This document shows positions 14,720-23,536 of a stretch of 42,251 nt of DNA, one piece after another. The position numbers and the translations under genes are program-made. The notes beneath the pieces were generated by a model. It was given only the letters and a program-made list of their open reading frames with translations, searched no databases and was not told the origin of the DNA. Source of the DNA: Thermoplasmata archaeon (GTDB lineage: Archaea; Thermoplasmatota; Thermoplasmata; RBG-16-68-12); NCBI GenBank assembly GCA_036514455.1, contig DATBXC010000097.1, positions 1-42,251 of the forward strand, written 5' to 3'. The stretch's first letter is position 1; each line of letters opens with the position of its first letter.

Positions 14720-16030
14720 ATGGCGCCGCGCGGGGCCCCGCGCGCCGCGCCCGCGGAGACCGCCCCGCCGGCCGGCGGGCTGCTGGTCGTGCACGCGTCC
14801 GAGCTCCTCACCCTCCGGGGCCCGTGGGTCCGCGCCCGCCGCGGGGAGGAGATGCGGGACCTCGGGGTCGTCCCGGACGGCGCCGTGTACGTCGAGGCGG
14901 GCCGCATCAAGGAGGTCGGCGCCACGGACGAGGCCCTCCGCCGCCGGGGCGGCACGCGGGACGTGATCGACGCGACGGGCAAGGTCGTGATGCCCGGGTT
15001 CGTCGACCCGCACACCCATGTCGCGTTCGCGGGCTCCCGCCACGACGAGCTCGGGATGAAGGCGGAGGGCCTCTCCTATCAGGAGATCGCGGCCCGGGGC
15101 GGGGGGCTCCTGCGCACGGTGCGCGACACCCGCGCGGCCCCTCGCGAGGCCCTGGTCGCCGCGACCCGCCGGCGGCTCGACGGCATGCTCCGTTCCGGCA
15201 CGACGACCGCGGAGGTGAAGAGCGGGTACGGGCTCACGACGGAGTCCGAGGTCGCGATCCTGCAGGCCGTGGACGAGATCGCGAGCGCGCATCCGATGGG
15301 CCTCGTCTCCACGTTCCTCGGGGCCCACGCGGTCCCGCCCGAGTTCGAGGGGCGCGCGGACGCGTACGCGGACCTCGTGGCGGGCGAGATGCTCCCCGCC
15401 GTCGCGACCCGCACGGGTGCCCGGTTCTGCGACGCCTGGGTCGAGGACGGCTACTTCACCGCGGACCAGGCCCGACGGATCTTCGCGGCCGCCCGGGCCC
15501 TCCAGCTCGAGCCCAAGGTCCACGCGGACGAGCTCTCCGACGCCGGCGGGGCGGCCCTCGCCGCGGACGTCGGCGCGGTCTCCGCGGACCACCTGCTCCA
15601 CGCGTCGGACGCGGGCCTCCGGGCGATGGCGGAGAAGGGCGTGGTCGGCGTCCTCCTGCCCGCCACGTCCCTCGCGGCCCGCCTCCCGTTCGCGGACGCC
15701 CGCCGGCTGATCGCCGCGGGCGTGCCCGTCGCCCTCGGCACGGACTGCAGCCCCGCCTCCTGGAACGAATCGATGCAGGGCGTCCTCGCGCTCGCGACCC
15801 ACCGGCTCGGGATGCACCCGGAGGAGGCGATCGTCGCGGCGACGATCAACGCCGCGTTCGCGATCGGGAAGGGCCGGGACGTCGGGAGCCTGGAGCCGGG
15901 GAAGTTCGCGGACCTCCTCGTGATCGACGCGGAGACGCACGGCCACCTCGGATACCGCCTCGGCGGGAACCTCGTGGAGAAGGTCGTGGCGTCGGGGCGG
16001 GTCGTCGTCGACCGCGCGCCTTTACGATAG
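14720..16030 (+). CDS. hutI: Imidazolonepropionase-like amidohydrolase (HutI family)
   Basis: This is the 3' part of track ORF 13685..16030. It starts at the ATG at 14720. An alternative in-frame GTG at 14696 overlaps the mvk TGA as GTGA. The motifs PGFVDPHTHVAFAG, YQEIAARGGGLLRTVRDTR, TTAEVKSGYGL, TFLGAHAVPPEF, KVHADEL and SADHL match the HutI pattern as I remember it. Confidence 0.8.
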   Translation: MAPRGAPRAAPAETAPPAGGLLVVHASELLTLRGPWVRARRGEEMRDLGVVPDGAVYVEAGRIKEVGATDEALRRRGGTRDVIDATGKVVMPGFVDPHTHVAFAGSRHDELGMKAEGLSYQEIAARGGGLLRTVRDTRAAPREALVAATRRRLDGMLRSGTTTAEVKSGYGLTTESEVAILQAVDEIASAHPMGLVSTFLGAHAVPPEFEGRADAYADLVAGEMLPAVATRTGARFCDAWVEDGYFTADQARRIFAAARALQLEPKVHADELSDAGGAALAADVGAVSADHLLHASDAGLRAMAEKGVVGVLLPATSLAARLPFADARRLIAAGVPVALGTDCSPASWNESMQGVLALATHRLGMHPEEAIVAATINAAFAIGKGRDVGSLEPGKFADLLVIDAETHGHLGYRLGGNLVEKVVASGRVVVDRAPLR

Positions 16031-16064
16031 CCTCTTAGCGGCCCCGCCCGTTCGCCGCGGCGGG

Positions 16065-17348
16065 ATGGGAGTCACCTCCTACGTGCCGCTCGCGGTCCTC
16101 GCGGCGGTGCTTGCGCTCCTGGTGTGGGGGCGGGTCCACCGCACGACGGTCGCCCTCGGCGGAGCCGTCACCGTCCTCGGGCTGCGGCTGATCACGGAGC
16201 AGCAGGCGATCGAATCGGTCCCGTGGGAGGCCCTCGGCCTCATCTTCGGGATGCTCATCCTCGTCGCGGCCCTCTCGAAGAGCGGCTTCTTCGAGTGGGT
16301 CGGCCTCGTCGTCGTCCGGTCCGCGGGCTACCACCCGTTCAAGATCCTGTGCGCCCTGGCGGGCCTCTCCGCCCTCCTCTCCGCGTTCATGGACAGCATC
16401 ACGGTGATGATCTTCATGGCGTCCCTGACCCTGGAGGTCGCGCGGGCCATGGGCGTCTCCCCGGTCCCGCTCCTGATCGCGGAGATCACGTCTGCGAACA
16501 TCGGCGGCGCCGCGACGATGGTCGGGGACCCGCCGAACGTCATCATTGGAACGTCCCTGGGCTTTGGGTTTCTTGACTTCGCGGCCCACACCGCGCCGAT
16601 CGCGATCGTCGCGTTCGCGGCGAACCTCGCGCTGTTCTACGTGCCCGTGCGGCGGGAGTTCCGGAAGGCGCATCCGCGGGACGTGCTGGAGGCCCGCCAC
16701 GCGGGACTCGACCCGCACTCGGCCGTGAGGGACCTGAGGCTCCTGCGGATCGCCCTCGCCGTCTTCGCGTTCACCGTGACCCTGCTCGTCCTCCACCAGA
16801 TCCTCGACCTCCTCGTCGCCTTCGTCGCGGTCCTCGGGGCCGTCCTCGTCCTCGCCCTCGGCGGGCGGGACATGCCGGACCTCGTCGAGACGATCGACTG
16901 GCACACCCTCGTCTTCCTCGGGGCCCTCTTCATCGTCGTGGGGTCCGTCGAGGCGAGCGGCGTGCTCCACGAGGTCGCGGGCGCCCTCGGCGCGGTCGGG
17001 GCGGGGAACGCGGCCGTGCTCATCACGCTCCTCCTCTGGACAGTCGCCCTCGCGTCCGCCCTCCTCGACAACGTGCCCCTCTCTGCGGCGATGGTGCCCG
17101 TGATCCGGGACCTCGCCGCCGCGACCGGGATCCCCGTGGCGACGCTCGCGTGGACCCTCGCGCTCGGCGCGGACTTCGGCGGCAACGCCACGCCGATCGG
17201 CGCGTCCGCGAACGTGGTCGGCCTCGCGGTCGCGGAGAAGCACGGCGTCCACGTGGGATGGCGGGAGTACGTGCGCCTCGGCGCCCCCTCCGCGCTCGTC
17301 TCCGTGGCGGTCGCGAACGTCCTGCTGCTCGTCCTGTTCGCGCGCTAG
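16065..17348 (+). CDS. ArsB/NhaD (CitMHS-like) superfamily anion permease
   Basis: 427 aa and polytopic. SANIGGAATMVGDPPNVII and GGNATPIGASANVV are the duplicated hairpin motifs typical of this superfamily. Confidence 0.75.
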   Translation: MGVTSYVPLAVLAAVLALLVWGRVHRTTVALGGAVTVLGLRLITEQQAIESVPWEALGLIFGMLILVAALSKSGFFEWVGLVVVRSAGYHPFKILCALAGLSALLSAFMDSITVMIFMASLTLEVARAMGVSPVPLLIAEITSANIGGAATMVGDPPNVIIGTSLGFGFLDFAAHTAPIAIVAFAANLALFYVPVRREFRKAHPRDVLEARHAGLDPHSAVRDLRLLRIALAVFAFTVTLLVLHQILDLLVAFVAVLGAVLVLALGGRDMPDLVETIDWHTLVFLGALFIVVGSVEASGVLHEVAGALGAVGAGNAAVLITLLLWTVALASALLDNVPLSAAMVPVIRDLAAATGIPVATLAWTLALGADFGGNATPIGASANVVGLAVAEKHGVHVGWREYVRLGAPSALVSVAVANVLLLVLFAR

Positions 17349-17350
17349 GC

Positions 17351-18433
17351 TCAATCCGCGGGCTGGGACACCGTCGCGTTCTCGAGGCGGGAGTGGGCCT
17401 TGAGGTGCGTGTCGTTCCCGATCAGGCTCGAGGCGAGCCGCACGTCCTCCTCGAGGATGCAGTTCTGGGACACGACGCTGTCGAGCACCTCGCTCCGGGC
17501 CCCGATCCGGCTCCCCTCGAGGACGATGCTGTTCGTGACGACCGCGTCCGCCTCGACGACGGTCCCTTGGTACACGCACGCGTTGCTCACCGTGCTCCCC
17601 CGGCCGACCCGCGCGCCCGCCGCCAGGAACACGGGCCCGTGGAGGGTGGCCCCCGGCTCGACCGCGGCGCCCTCCTGGAGGATCATCGGCCCGTCCGTCG
17701 TCACGCCCGGGATCGACGCGGGCTTCCCCTCCCGGCGGACGACCTCCATGCTCGCCCGCCAAAGGTCCCGCGGCCGCCCGATGTCCATCCACATCCCCTC
17801 CAGCTCCTTCCCATATACGGGCAGGCCCTTCGCGAGGAGCTTGGGGAACACGTCCTTCGCGAAGTCGAACTTCTGGTCTGGCGGGATGAACTCGAGGACC
17901 TCGGGCTCGAGCACGTAGATCCCCGCGTTCGCGAGGTCCGAGAACGCCTCCTCCCGCCTCGGCTTCTCCCGGAACTTCACGATCCGGCCCCGGGGGTCCA
18001 CGGCCGCGATCCCGTACTGCGTCGGGTCCTGCACCCGCGTGAGGGCGATCGTCGCGACGCCGCCGCGCTCGCGGTGGAACTCGTACAAGGCCCGGAAGTC
18101 CACGTCCGCGAGCACGTCCCCCATCGCGACGACGAACGTCTCCCCGATGAAGTTCGCGACCCGTCGCACCGCCCCGGCGGTCCCCGCGGGCGTGCCTTCG
18201 AACGAGTACAGGATCGACGCGCCGTAGTCGAGGCCGTCCCCAATCGACTGGATCAGGGTGTCCGACATGTACGCGGTCGTGATCACGATCTCCCGGAACC
18301 CGGAGGCGATGAGGGACCGGATCACGAAGTCGATGCACGGCCGCCCCGCCACCGGCATCAGCGGCTTCGGCGTCCGGGACGTGAGGGGCTTCAGCCGCGT
18401 GCCCTCGCCGCCGGCGAGGATGACCGCCTTCAT
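17351..18433 (-). CDS. Sugar-1-phosphate nucleotidyltransferase with C-terminal left-handed beta-helix domain
   Basis: This is the 3' part of track ORF 17351..19657. It starts at the ATG at 18433, which overlaps the upstream TGA (ATGA). MKAVILAGGEGTRLKPLTSRTPKPLMPVAGRPCIDF is the NTP-transferase signature. The C-terminus has hexapeptide-repeat-like VxGxxV runs. Confidence 0.85.
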   Translation of the reverse strand: MKAVILAGGEGTRLKPLTSRTPKPLMPVAGRPCIDFVIRSLIASGFREIVITTAYMSDTLIQSIGDGLDYGASILYSFEGTPAGTAGAVRRVANFIGETFVVAMGDVLADVDFRALYEFHRERGGVATIALTRVQDPTQYGIAAVDPRGRIVKFREKPRREEAFSDLANAGIYVLEPEVLEFIPPDQKFDFAKDVFPKLLAKGLPVYGKELEGMWMDIGRPRDLWRASMEVVRREGKPASIPGVTTDGPMILQEGAAVEPGATLHGPVFLAAGARVGRGSTVSNACVYQGTVVEADAVVTNSIVLEGSRIGARSEVLDSVVSQNCILEEDVRLASSLIGNDTHLKAHSRLENATVSQPAD

Positions 18434-19302
18434 CCCTTCATCTCCACGCGCCCCTTCTTCAGGAGGAGCTGGAGGGCGTCGTCCGCGGCCTTGTCGAGCT
18501 TCTTCTCGTCGAGCAGGGCCTTCCGGACCGACACGTTCTGCTGCCGGATCAGGTTCCGCGCCTCGCGGATCTCGCTGCGCTGCGTGGTCCGGATCGTCAG
18601 GACCTTCTCCCGCATCTCCACCGCCTTCTGGTGGAACTCGTCCGCCCGTGTCCGGATCTTGAGGAACTCCTCGTGCTTCTTGTCCGCCTCTGCGACCAGG
18701 GCGTCGATTTGGTTCAGGAGGGCGACGACCTTCTCGTGCCGCTCCTTCGCGTCGTTGCTCAGCTTCACGACGGACGCGTGCTCCTGGTCCGCGACCTTGA
18801 ACAGGTCCGTGATCGACGCGTCGAGGTCCTTCACGTCCTTGCCGATGCGGTCCTGCTCGCCCTGGAGCGCCTCCAGGTCCTTCAGCTCGCGGAGCTTCCC
18901 GCGGAGGTCGTCGAGGAGCGCGTTCTCCTCGTCGAGCTTCAGGGACGCGGTCTGCTGCCGCATCTCGAGGTTCTTCACGTCCCGCCGGAGCCGGCCCAGG
19001 TCCCCCCCGATCGAGGACCGCATCTGCCCGCGGACATTCCGCTTCAGCTCGATCAGGTCCCGCGCCTTCCGCTGGAGCTCGTTCCGGCGGTCCCGGTGGC
19101 CTCGCATCTCCTGGACGAGGCGGTTCCGCTCGTCCCGGAGGGCCCGCATCTGGTCCACCAGGTCCCTCTTCTGCTTGTTGAGGAGGTCCCGCTCCTGGCG
19201 GAACACGGACGCTTCCTCGTTCAGGGCGTCCCGCTTTTGGATCAGCGACTCGAGCTTGATCTCCGCGGTATCCAGCTCGGACTTCTCCTTCTTCCGGACC
19301 AT
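18430..19302 (-). CDS. Archaeal coiled-coil protein (COG1340-like, function unknown)
   Basis: Track ORF 18430..19674 trimmed to the ATG at 19302 (MVRKKEKSELDTAEIKLESLIQKRDALNEE...). It is 290 aa of almost continuous heptad-like K/E/R/L/D sequence. TATA-like ggttaattg and ggaaatag lie 25-45 nt upstream on the minus strand. Confidence 0.65.
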   Translation of the reverse strand: MVRKKEKSELDTAEIKLESLIQKRDALNEEASVFRQERDLLNKQKRDLVDQMRALRDERNRLVQEMRGHRDRRNELQRKARDLIELKRNVRGQMRSSIGGDLGRLRRDVKNLEMRQQTASLKLDEENALLDDLRGKLRELKDLEALQGEQDRIGKDVKDLDASITDLFKVADQEHASVVKLSNDAKERHEKVVALLNQIDALVAEADKKHEEFLKIRTRADEFHQKAVEMREKVLTIRTTQRSEIREARNLIRQQNVSVRKALLDEKKLDKAADDALQLLLKKGRVEMKG

Positions 19303-19349
19303 GCGGCGCTCCCGTGACGAAGGGAGGGGCGCTATTTCCGAAACGGCAA

Positions 19350-20162
19350 TTAACCTTTCGCCCGCGCGACCGCGTTCGCGAGCGCGGCGAAGTCCGCGGG
19401 CGAGAGGGCCTCCGGCCTTCGCTCGAGGAACGGCAGGTCCCGCGCGGCCTCCCGCCATGCGTCCCGCGTGGGAGCGAAGCGGGCCCACGCGAGCCCGATG
19501 GCGTTCCCGATCGTCTTCCGGCGGTGCGCGAAGCACGCGTCCACGACCGCATGGAACACGGCCTCGTCCCGGACCTCGTACGGCGGCGGCCGACGGACGA
19601 GGCGGACGATCGCGGAGTCGACCTTCGGGGCGGGGTGGAACGCGGTCCTCGGGACACGCTCGAGCCGGAAGCACTCCGCGCGATGGCCCACGTTCACCGT
19701 GAGGCGGGAGTAGTCCTTCGTCCCGGGCCTCGCGACCATCCGTTCCGCGAACTCCTCCTGGAACATCAGGACCGCCCGGTCAAACCTCGTGTCGAGAAGC
19801 CGGAACGTAATCGGCGACGAGATCCGGTACGGCAGGTTCGCGACCATCACGTCGAAGGCGGGCCACTCGACCTCCAGCGCGTCGGCCACCACGACCTCGA
19901 CGGATCCGCCGAGCGCGGCGAGGGCCCCGGCGAGCCGGCGGTCCTTCTCGATCGCGACGACGCGACGCGCCCGCGTGGAGAGGAGCCGCGTGAGGACCCC
20001 GAGCCCGGGGCCGACCTCGAGGACCGTCTCCTCCGGCCGGATCGAGGCGGACTCCACCTGGCGGCGCGCGACCCGCTCGTCGATCAGGAAGTGCTGGCCC
20101 AGCCCCTTCGTCGCCCGGACCCCGAGGCGCCGCAGTTCCCGGGCGACGTCATCCGCACGCAT
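19350..20162 (-). CDS. rsmA: 16S rRNA (adenine-N6,N6)-dimethyltransferase (KsgA/Dim1)
   Basis: 270 aa. The motifs are LGQHFLID, VLEVGPGLGVLT (SAM motif I) and MVANLPYRISSPI. Confidence 0.9.
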   Translation of the reverse strand: MRADDVARELRRLGVRATKGLGQHFLIDERVARRQVESASIRPEETVLEVGPGLGVLTRLLSTRARRVVAIEKDRRLAGALAALGGSVEVVVADALEVEWPAFDVMVANLPYRISSPITFRLLDTRFDRAVLMFQEEFAERMVARPGTKDYSRLTVNVGHRAECFRLERVPRTAFHPAPKVDSAIVRLVRRPPPYEVRDEAVFHAVVDACFAHRRKTIGNAIGLAWARFAPTRDAWREAARDLPFLERRPEALSPADFAALANAVARAKG

Positions 20163-20248
20163 TCCGGGAGCCGGATGGGCGGTCGGATAAAGAGCGTTGC
20201 CCGGTACCGAGCCGCCAAGGTTTAAGTGAATCCCATCGATGTCTGCGC

Positions 20249-20545
20249 GTGCCGTTTCCCTGGCACCTCCTGCCCCTCCAGGAGGGCGGCGCGAGCCTCG
20301 CCTGCATCACGGTCGCCGCGATCCTGGGCCTCCTCATCCTGATTCTATTGTCCCTGATGGCCTACCAGCGGTACGTCGCGAGCAAGCGCCCGGTCCAGCA
20401 CCTCTGCGACTACTGCGGCCACATGGTGTCCGTCGTCAGCGACTGCCACCACGCGCCGGTGAAGGAGAAGTTCCTCCACGGGTTGTGCCTGGAGTGCCGG
20501 AGCGAGTGCCGCCTCGTGTGCTCGAAGTGCAAGCGGCCCGTGTGA
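20249..20545 (+). CDS. Small membrane-anchored cysteine-rich protein
   Basis: 98 aa, GTG start. TATA-like ggtttaagtg at 20218-20227 lies 22-31 nt upstream. One TM helix (ACITVAAILGLLILILLSLMAY) is followed by CDYCGH...CHH...CLECRSECRLVCSKC. GC3 is high. No family is recognised. Confidence 0.5.
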   Translation: MPFPWHLLPLQEGGASLACITVAAILGLLILILLSLMAYQRYVASKRPVQHLCDYCGHMVSVVSDCHHAPVKEKFLHGLCLECRSECRLVCSKCKRPV

Positions 20546-20589
20546 GGGCTTCCGCCCGCTGCGAGATGAAAAGGGGAAGCGCTGGCGGC

Positions 20590-22308
20590 CTACGCGACCG
20601 CCAGCGGGATCTCGAGGTAGTCCGCCCCGGCGCCCGAGGACGTCATGAGGTACACGGCCACCGCGAAGTCCGCCGCCGCGGCGGATTCGGTCGAGAACGA
20701 GTACACGCGCTCGCCGCCCGCGTTCTCCGCGACGTCGAGCGCCACCACGCCGTTCGCGTGGATGACCCGCGTGATCACCCGGTACGAGGAGTCCGAGGGC
20801 GCGCCCACGTGGATCGCGTACGTCCCGCCGCCCAGGTCCTCCGACACGACGGAGGTGAGGCGCGCGGGTTTCGGTCCCACGGGCTCGAACTGGGCGAGGG
20901 TGTACGCGGCCGTCGTGTGGACGACGATCGGGTCGATCACGACGTTCGCGGGGACGATCCGGAGCTTCGCGTCGAAGGGCCCGCCGCGGCCCGCCGCGAG
21001 GACCTCGGCGCCCGCGAAGTCGATCCGCACCCAGCTCTGGTCCGTGCCCAGGTTCACCCGGTTCCACGCGGTCGTCACGACGTGGTCCTCCGTGGGGACG
21101 CTCCGCATCAGGGCGACGTTGCTCGGCGCCGAGCCCGCGGCGTACAGGGTGCCGGAGACGTCGTACCAGCCCCAGTTCCGGACGGACACGGCCGCCTCGA
21201 CGGTGAGGGACTCGAACAGCCCGTCGCCGTCGGCGTCCGTCCCGTAGTCCCGGACCTCGCCTGTGAACTCGATCGGCATCCAGGGCGCCTGGAAGTCGTA
21301 CCAGTGGAGGGTCGCCTCGAGGCGGGTCTCCGCCTTCAGGCCGAGCGGCGTGGGCGGGAGCACGTACGGTTGCCGCAGGCCGAGCTCGGACCCGTCCGGC
21401 GGCGCCGCGAACGCGGGCTCCTCCACGAACTCCGCGGTCTCGGAGCCGCAGCACGGGTGGGATTCCGTCTGCACCTGCGCCTCGATGACCGTGATGTGGA
21501 TGTCCGTCGGCCCGTCGATCCCGCTGAGGTACACCTGCTCGGGCGACACGGAGAGCGTGACCTCCTGGGCGCCCGGTTCCATCGAGACGAACTCCGCCCC
21601 GACCGTGCTCGGGTCCCCCGTGGGGGGCCCGAAGAAGCGGTTCGTGACGCCCTGCAGGAACAGGTCGTCGCTCTCCGCCCGCACCGAGTAGAAGCCCTGC
21701 TCCCGGACCGTGAGCGGGACGCGGATCGTGTACGCGTCCACCTTCCCGTCCCCACTGGAGTCGTCCTGGACCGCGGTCACGGGGCCGATGGAGACGACCA
21801 CGGGCTGCTCCTGGAACGATGCGGCCCCGTACGCGGGGGTCCGGAAGCTCCACTCGTACACCCGGCCGATCATGTCCGGGCTCGGCGGGATCTCGAACGC
21901 GCTGTCCCGGTCCTCCCGGATGAACGTCAGCCGCACGACATACGGCCCGTCGATGCCGCTCGCGCGGATGTCGGGGCCCCAGAACCCGACGCCGAACACG
22001 TTCGGCCCGCGGTCGAGCTCGACGCGCCCCGTCGTCTGCGCGATCGCCGCCCCCGTCGACGGCTGCAGCAGCACGGCGTTCGCGCTGTAGTCGCCGGACT
22101 CGGGGAGGTCGACCCGCGCCTTCACGACCAGGTACTCGGGCGTCCCGTCGCCATCGTGGTCCGTGGGGCTCGCCTGGAACCCGCCGGGGAGCTGGTCCCC
22201 CCAGAACATGTACCGGTACACGGCCGCACCCGCAATCGCGCTCGCAGCGACCACGCACAGGCCGAACAGGATGACCGTGGCTCGCCGTGACGCAGGATCC
22301 CTCGTCAA
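20590..22308 (-). CDS. N-terminally anchored secreted or surface protein with three DxDGDG-type putative Ca-binding motifs
   Basis: Track ORF 20590..22518 trimmed to the in-frame TTG at 22308. That TTG is preceded by GGAGG (22316-22320) with a 7-nt spacer. The product begins (M)TRDPASRRATVILFGLCVVAASAIAGAAVY. Motifs DHDGDGTPE, DSSGDGKVD and DADGDGLFE are present. The start is uncertain. Confidence 0.6.
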   Translation of the reverse strand: MTRDPASRRATVILFGLCVVAASAIAGAAVYRYMFWGDQLPGGFQASPTDHDGDGTPEYLVVKARVDLPESGDYSANAVLLQPSTGAAIAQTTGRVELDRGPNVFGVGFWGPDIRASGIDGPYVVRLTFIREDRDSAFEIPPSPDMIGRVYEWSFRTPAYGAASFQEQPVVVSIGPVTAVQDDSSGDGKVDAYTIRVPLTVREQGFYSVRAESDDLFLQGVTNRFFGPPTGDPSTVGAEFVSMEPGAQEVTLSVSPEQVYLSGIDGPTDIHITVIEAQVQTESHPCCGSETAEFVEEPAFAAPPDGSELGLRQPYVLPPTPLGLKAETRLEATLHWYDFQAPWMPIEFTGEVRDYGTDADGDGLFESLTVEAAVSVRNWGWYDVSGTLYAAGSAPSNVALMRSVPTEDHVVTTAWNRVNLGTDQSWVRIDFAGAEVLAAGRGGPFDAKLRIVPANVVIDPIVVHTTAAYTLAQFEPVGPKPARLTSVVSEDLGGGTYAIHVGAPSDSSYRVITRVIHANGVVALDVAENAGGERVYSFSTESAAAADFAVAVYLMTSSGAGADYLEIPLAVA

Positions 22309-22342
22309 CTCGTTCCCTCCTTCACCCGCTAATGCCCTCCCT

Positions 22343-22369
22343 CGATATTTGGAGTTGTTGGTATAGTTC
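22343..22369. promoter_or_regulatory. Divergent promoter island between the surface-protein gene and the radical-SAM gene
   Basis: The AT-rich sequence cgatatttggagttgttggtatagttc has two TATA-like boxes. The first is at 22343-22352 (serving the minus-strand gene). The second is at 22360-22369 (serving the plus-strand gene). Confidence 0.4.
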
Positions 22370-22408
22370 GGAAGGGGTCCAACCGGCTTGCGGGGGAATG
22401 CCCGCGGA

Positions 22409-23536
22409 ATGCCACGCCCCGCCGCGCCCGCCAACCTTATCTCCCCCCACCGGCTCGGTCCCCCCGTGCGCGTCACGGAACGCCCCTGCGGGGGCTCGGT
22501 CCGCGGGTCCCTCCCCATCGGCTGCCTCCAGTGCGAGGAGGGGGCGAAGATGGTCCTCTTCGTGACCGGCCTATGCGGCTTCCACTGTGTCTACTGCCCC
22601 GTCTCGGACGAGAGGATGTACCACGACGTCGTCTACGCGGACGAGAAGCGCGTCGCCTCGGACGAGGACGTGCTCGAGGAGGCGCGGGCGATCCGCGCGA
22701 AGGGGGCGGGGATCACGGGCGGGGACCCGCTGGACGCCGTGGAGCGCACGTGCCACTACATCCGGCTCCTGAAGCGAGAGTTCGGCCCGGGCTTCCACAC
22801 GCACCTGTACACGATGACCGCGGACCCCGAGAAGGTCCGGGGCCTCGCGGAGGCGGGCCTCGACGAGCTCCGGTTCCACGTCCCTCCCGGGATGTGGGCC
22901 CGCGCGGACCGGTCCCCGTACGTCGGGGCCTCCCGCCTCGCGCGGGAGCTCGGGGTCACCGTGGGCCTGGAGGTCCCCCTGCTCCCGGAGCGGAAGGAGG
23001 ACCTCGTGAAGCTCATCGAGTGGGCGGAGGCGGAGGGCCTCGCGTTCGTGAACCTGAACGAGCTCGAGTACTCCGACGCGAACTACGCCCGCATGAAGCG
23101 GCAGGGCTACGAGATCAAGCACGAGCTCTCGTACGGCGTGAAGGGCTCGGACGAGGCCGCCCTCGAGATCCTCCGGCGGCCCTGGCGGACCACGGTCCAC
23201 TACTGCACGAGCGGCTACAAGGACGGGTGGCAGCTCCGCAGCCGGATCAAGCGGCGTGCGGAGAACGTCGCCCGCCCGTGGGACGTCGTCACGGAGGACG
23301 GGACCCTGCTCAAGGGTGTGATCGAGGGGGACGGACTTGACGAGGTGATGCGGGACCTGTCGAGGACGCACGGCGTGCCGGAGGACCTGATGGGCCTCGA
23401 CGGCGCGCGCCGCCGCCTCGAGGTCGCGCCGTGGATCCTCGAGGAGCTCGCCGCCCGCCTCGGGAGGCCCTCGTACCTTGTCGAGGAGTACCCGACCGCG
23501 GACGGGCTCGAGGTCGAGCGGACCCGCCTCCCCTAG
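22409..23536 (+). CDS. Radical SAM protein (COG2108-like, related to activating enzymes; function unknown)
   Basis: Track ORF 22388..23536 starts at a TTG. I prefer the ATG at 22409. GSLPIGCLQCEEGAKMVLFVTGLCGFHCVYCPVS contains the CxxxCxxC radical-SAM cluster motif, preceded by the conserved LPxGCxxCxxG segment. Confidence 0.75.
   Translation: MPRPAAPANLISPHRLGPPVRVTERPCGGSVRGSLPIGCLQCEEGAKMVLFVTGLCGFHCVYCPVSDERMYHDVVYADEKRVASDEDVLEEARAIRAKGAGITGGDPLDAVERTCHYIRLLKREFGPGFHTHLYTMTADPEKVRGLAEAGLDELRFHVPPGMWARADRSPYVGASRLARELGVTVGLEVPLLPERKEDLVKLIEWAEAEGLAFVNLNELEYSDANYARMKRQGYEIKHELSYGVKGSDEAALEILRRPWRTTVHYCTSGYKDGWQLRSRIKRRAENVARPWDVVTEDGTLLKGVIEGDGLDEVMRDLSRTHGVPEDLMGLDGARRRLEVAPWILEELAARLGRPSYLVEEYPTADGLEVERTRLP

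Noticed and set aside
13613-15946. 777-aa minus-strand ORF, and the 5' part of plus-strand ORF 13685..16030, across mvk/hutI
   Set aside because: These are antisense or off-frame relative to the clear mvk and HutI-like genes. The translations are Arg/Gly/Pro-rich and low in complexity.
16035-19702. 767-aa minus-strand ORF 16035..18338 and 850-aa plus-strand ORF 17150..19702
   Set aside because: They are antisense to the ArsB/NhaD permease gene and to the nucleotidyltransferase and coiled-coil genes respectively. Their composition is the skewed high-GC artefact type.
20239-22290. 683-aa plus-strand and 637-aa minus-strand alternative ORFs over the surface-protein gene
   Set aside because: These off-frame or antisense translations are Arg/Gly/Pro/Val-rich. 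The 20590..22308 frame has a TM anchor, balanced composition and high GC3.
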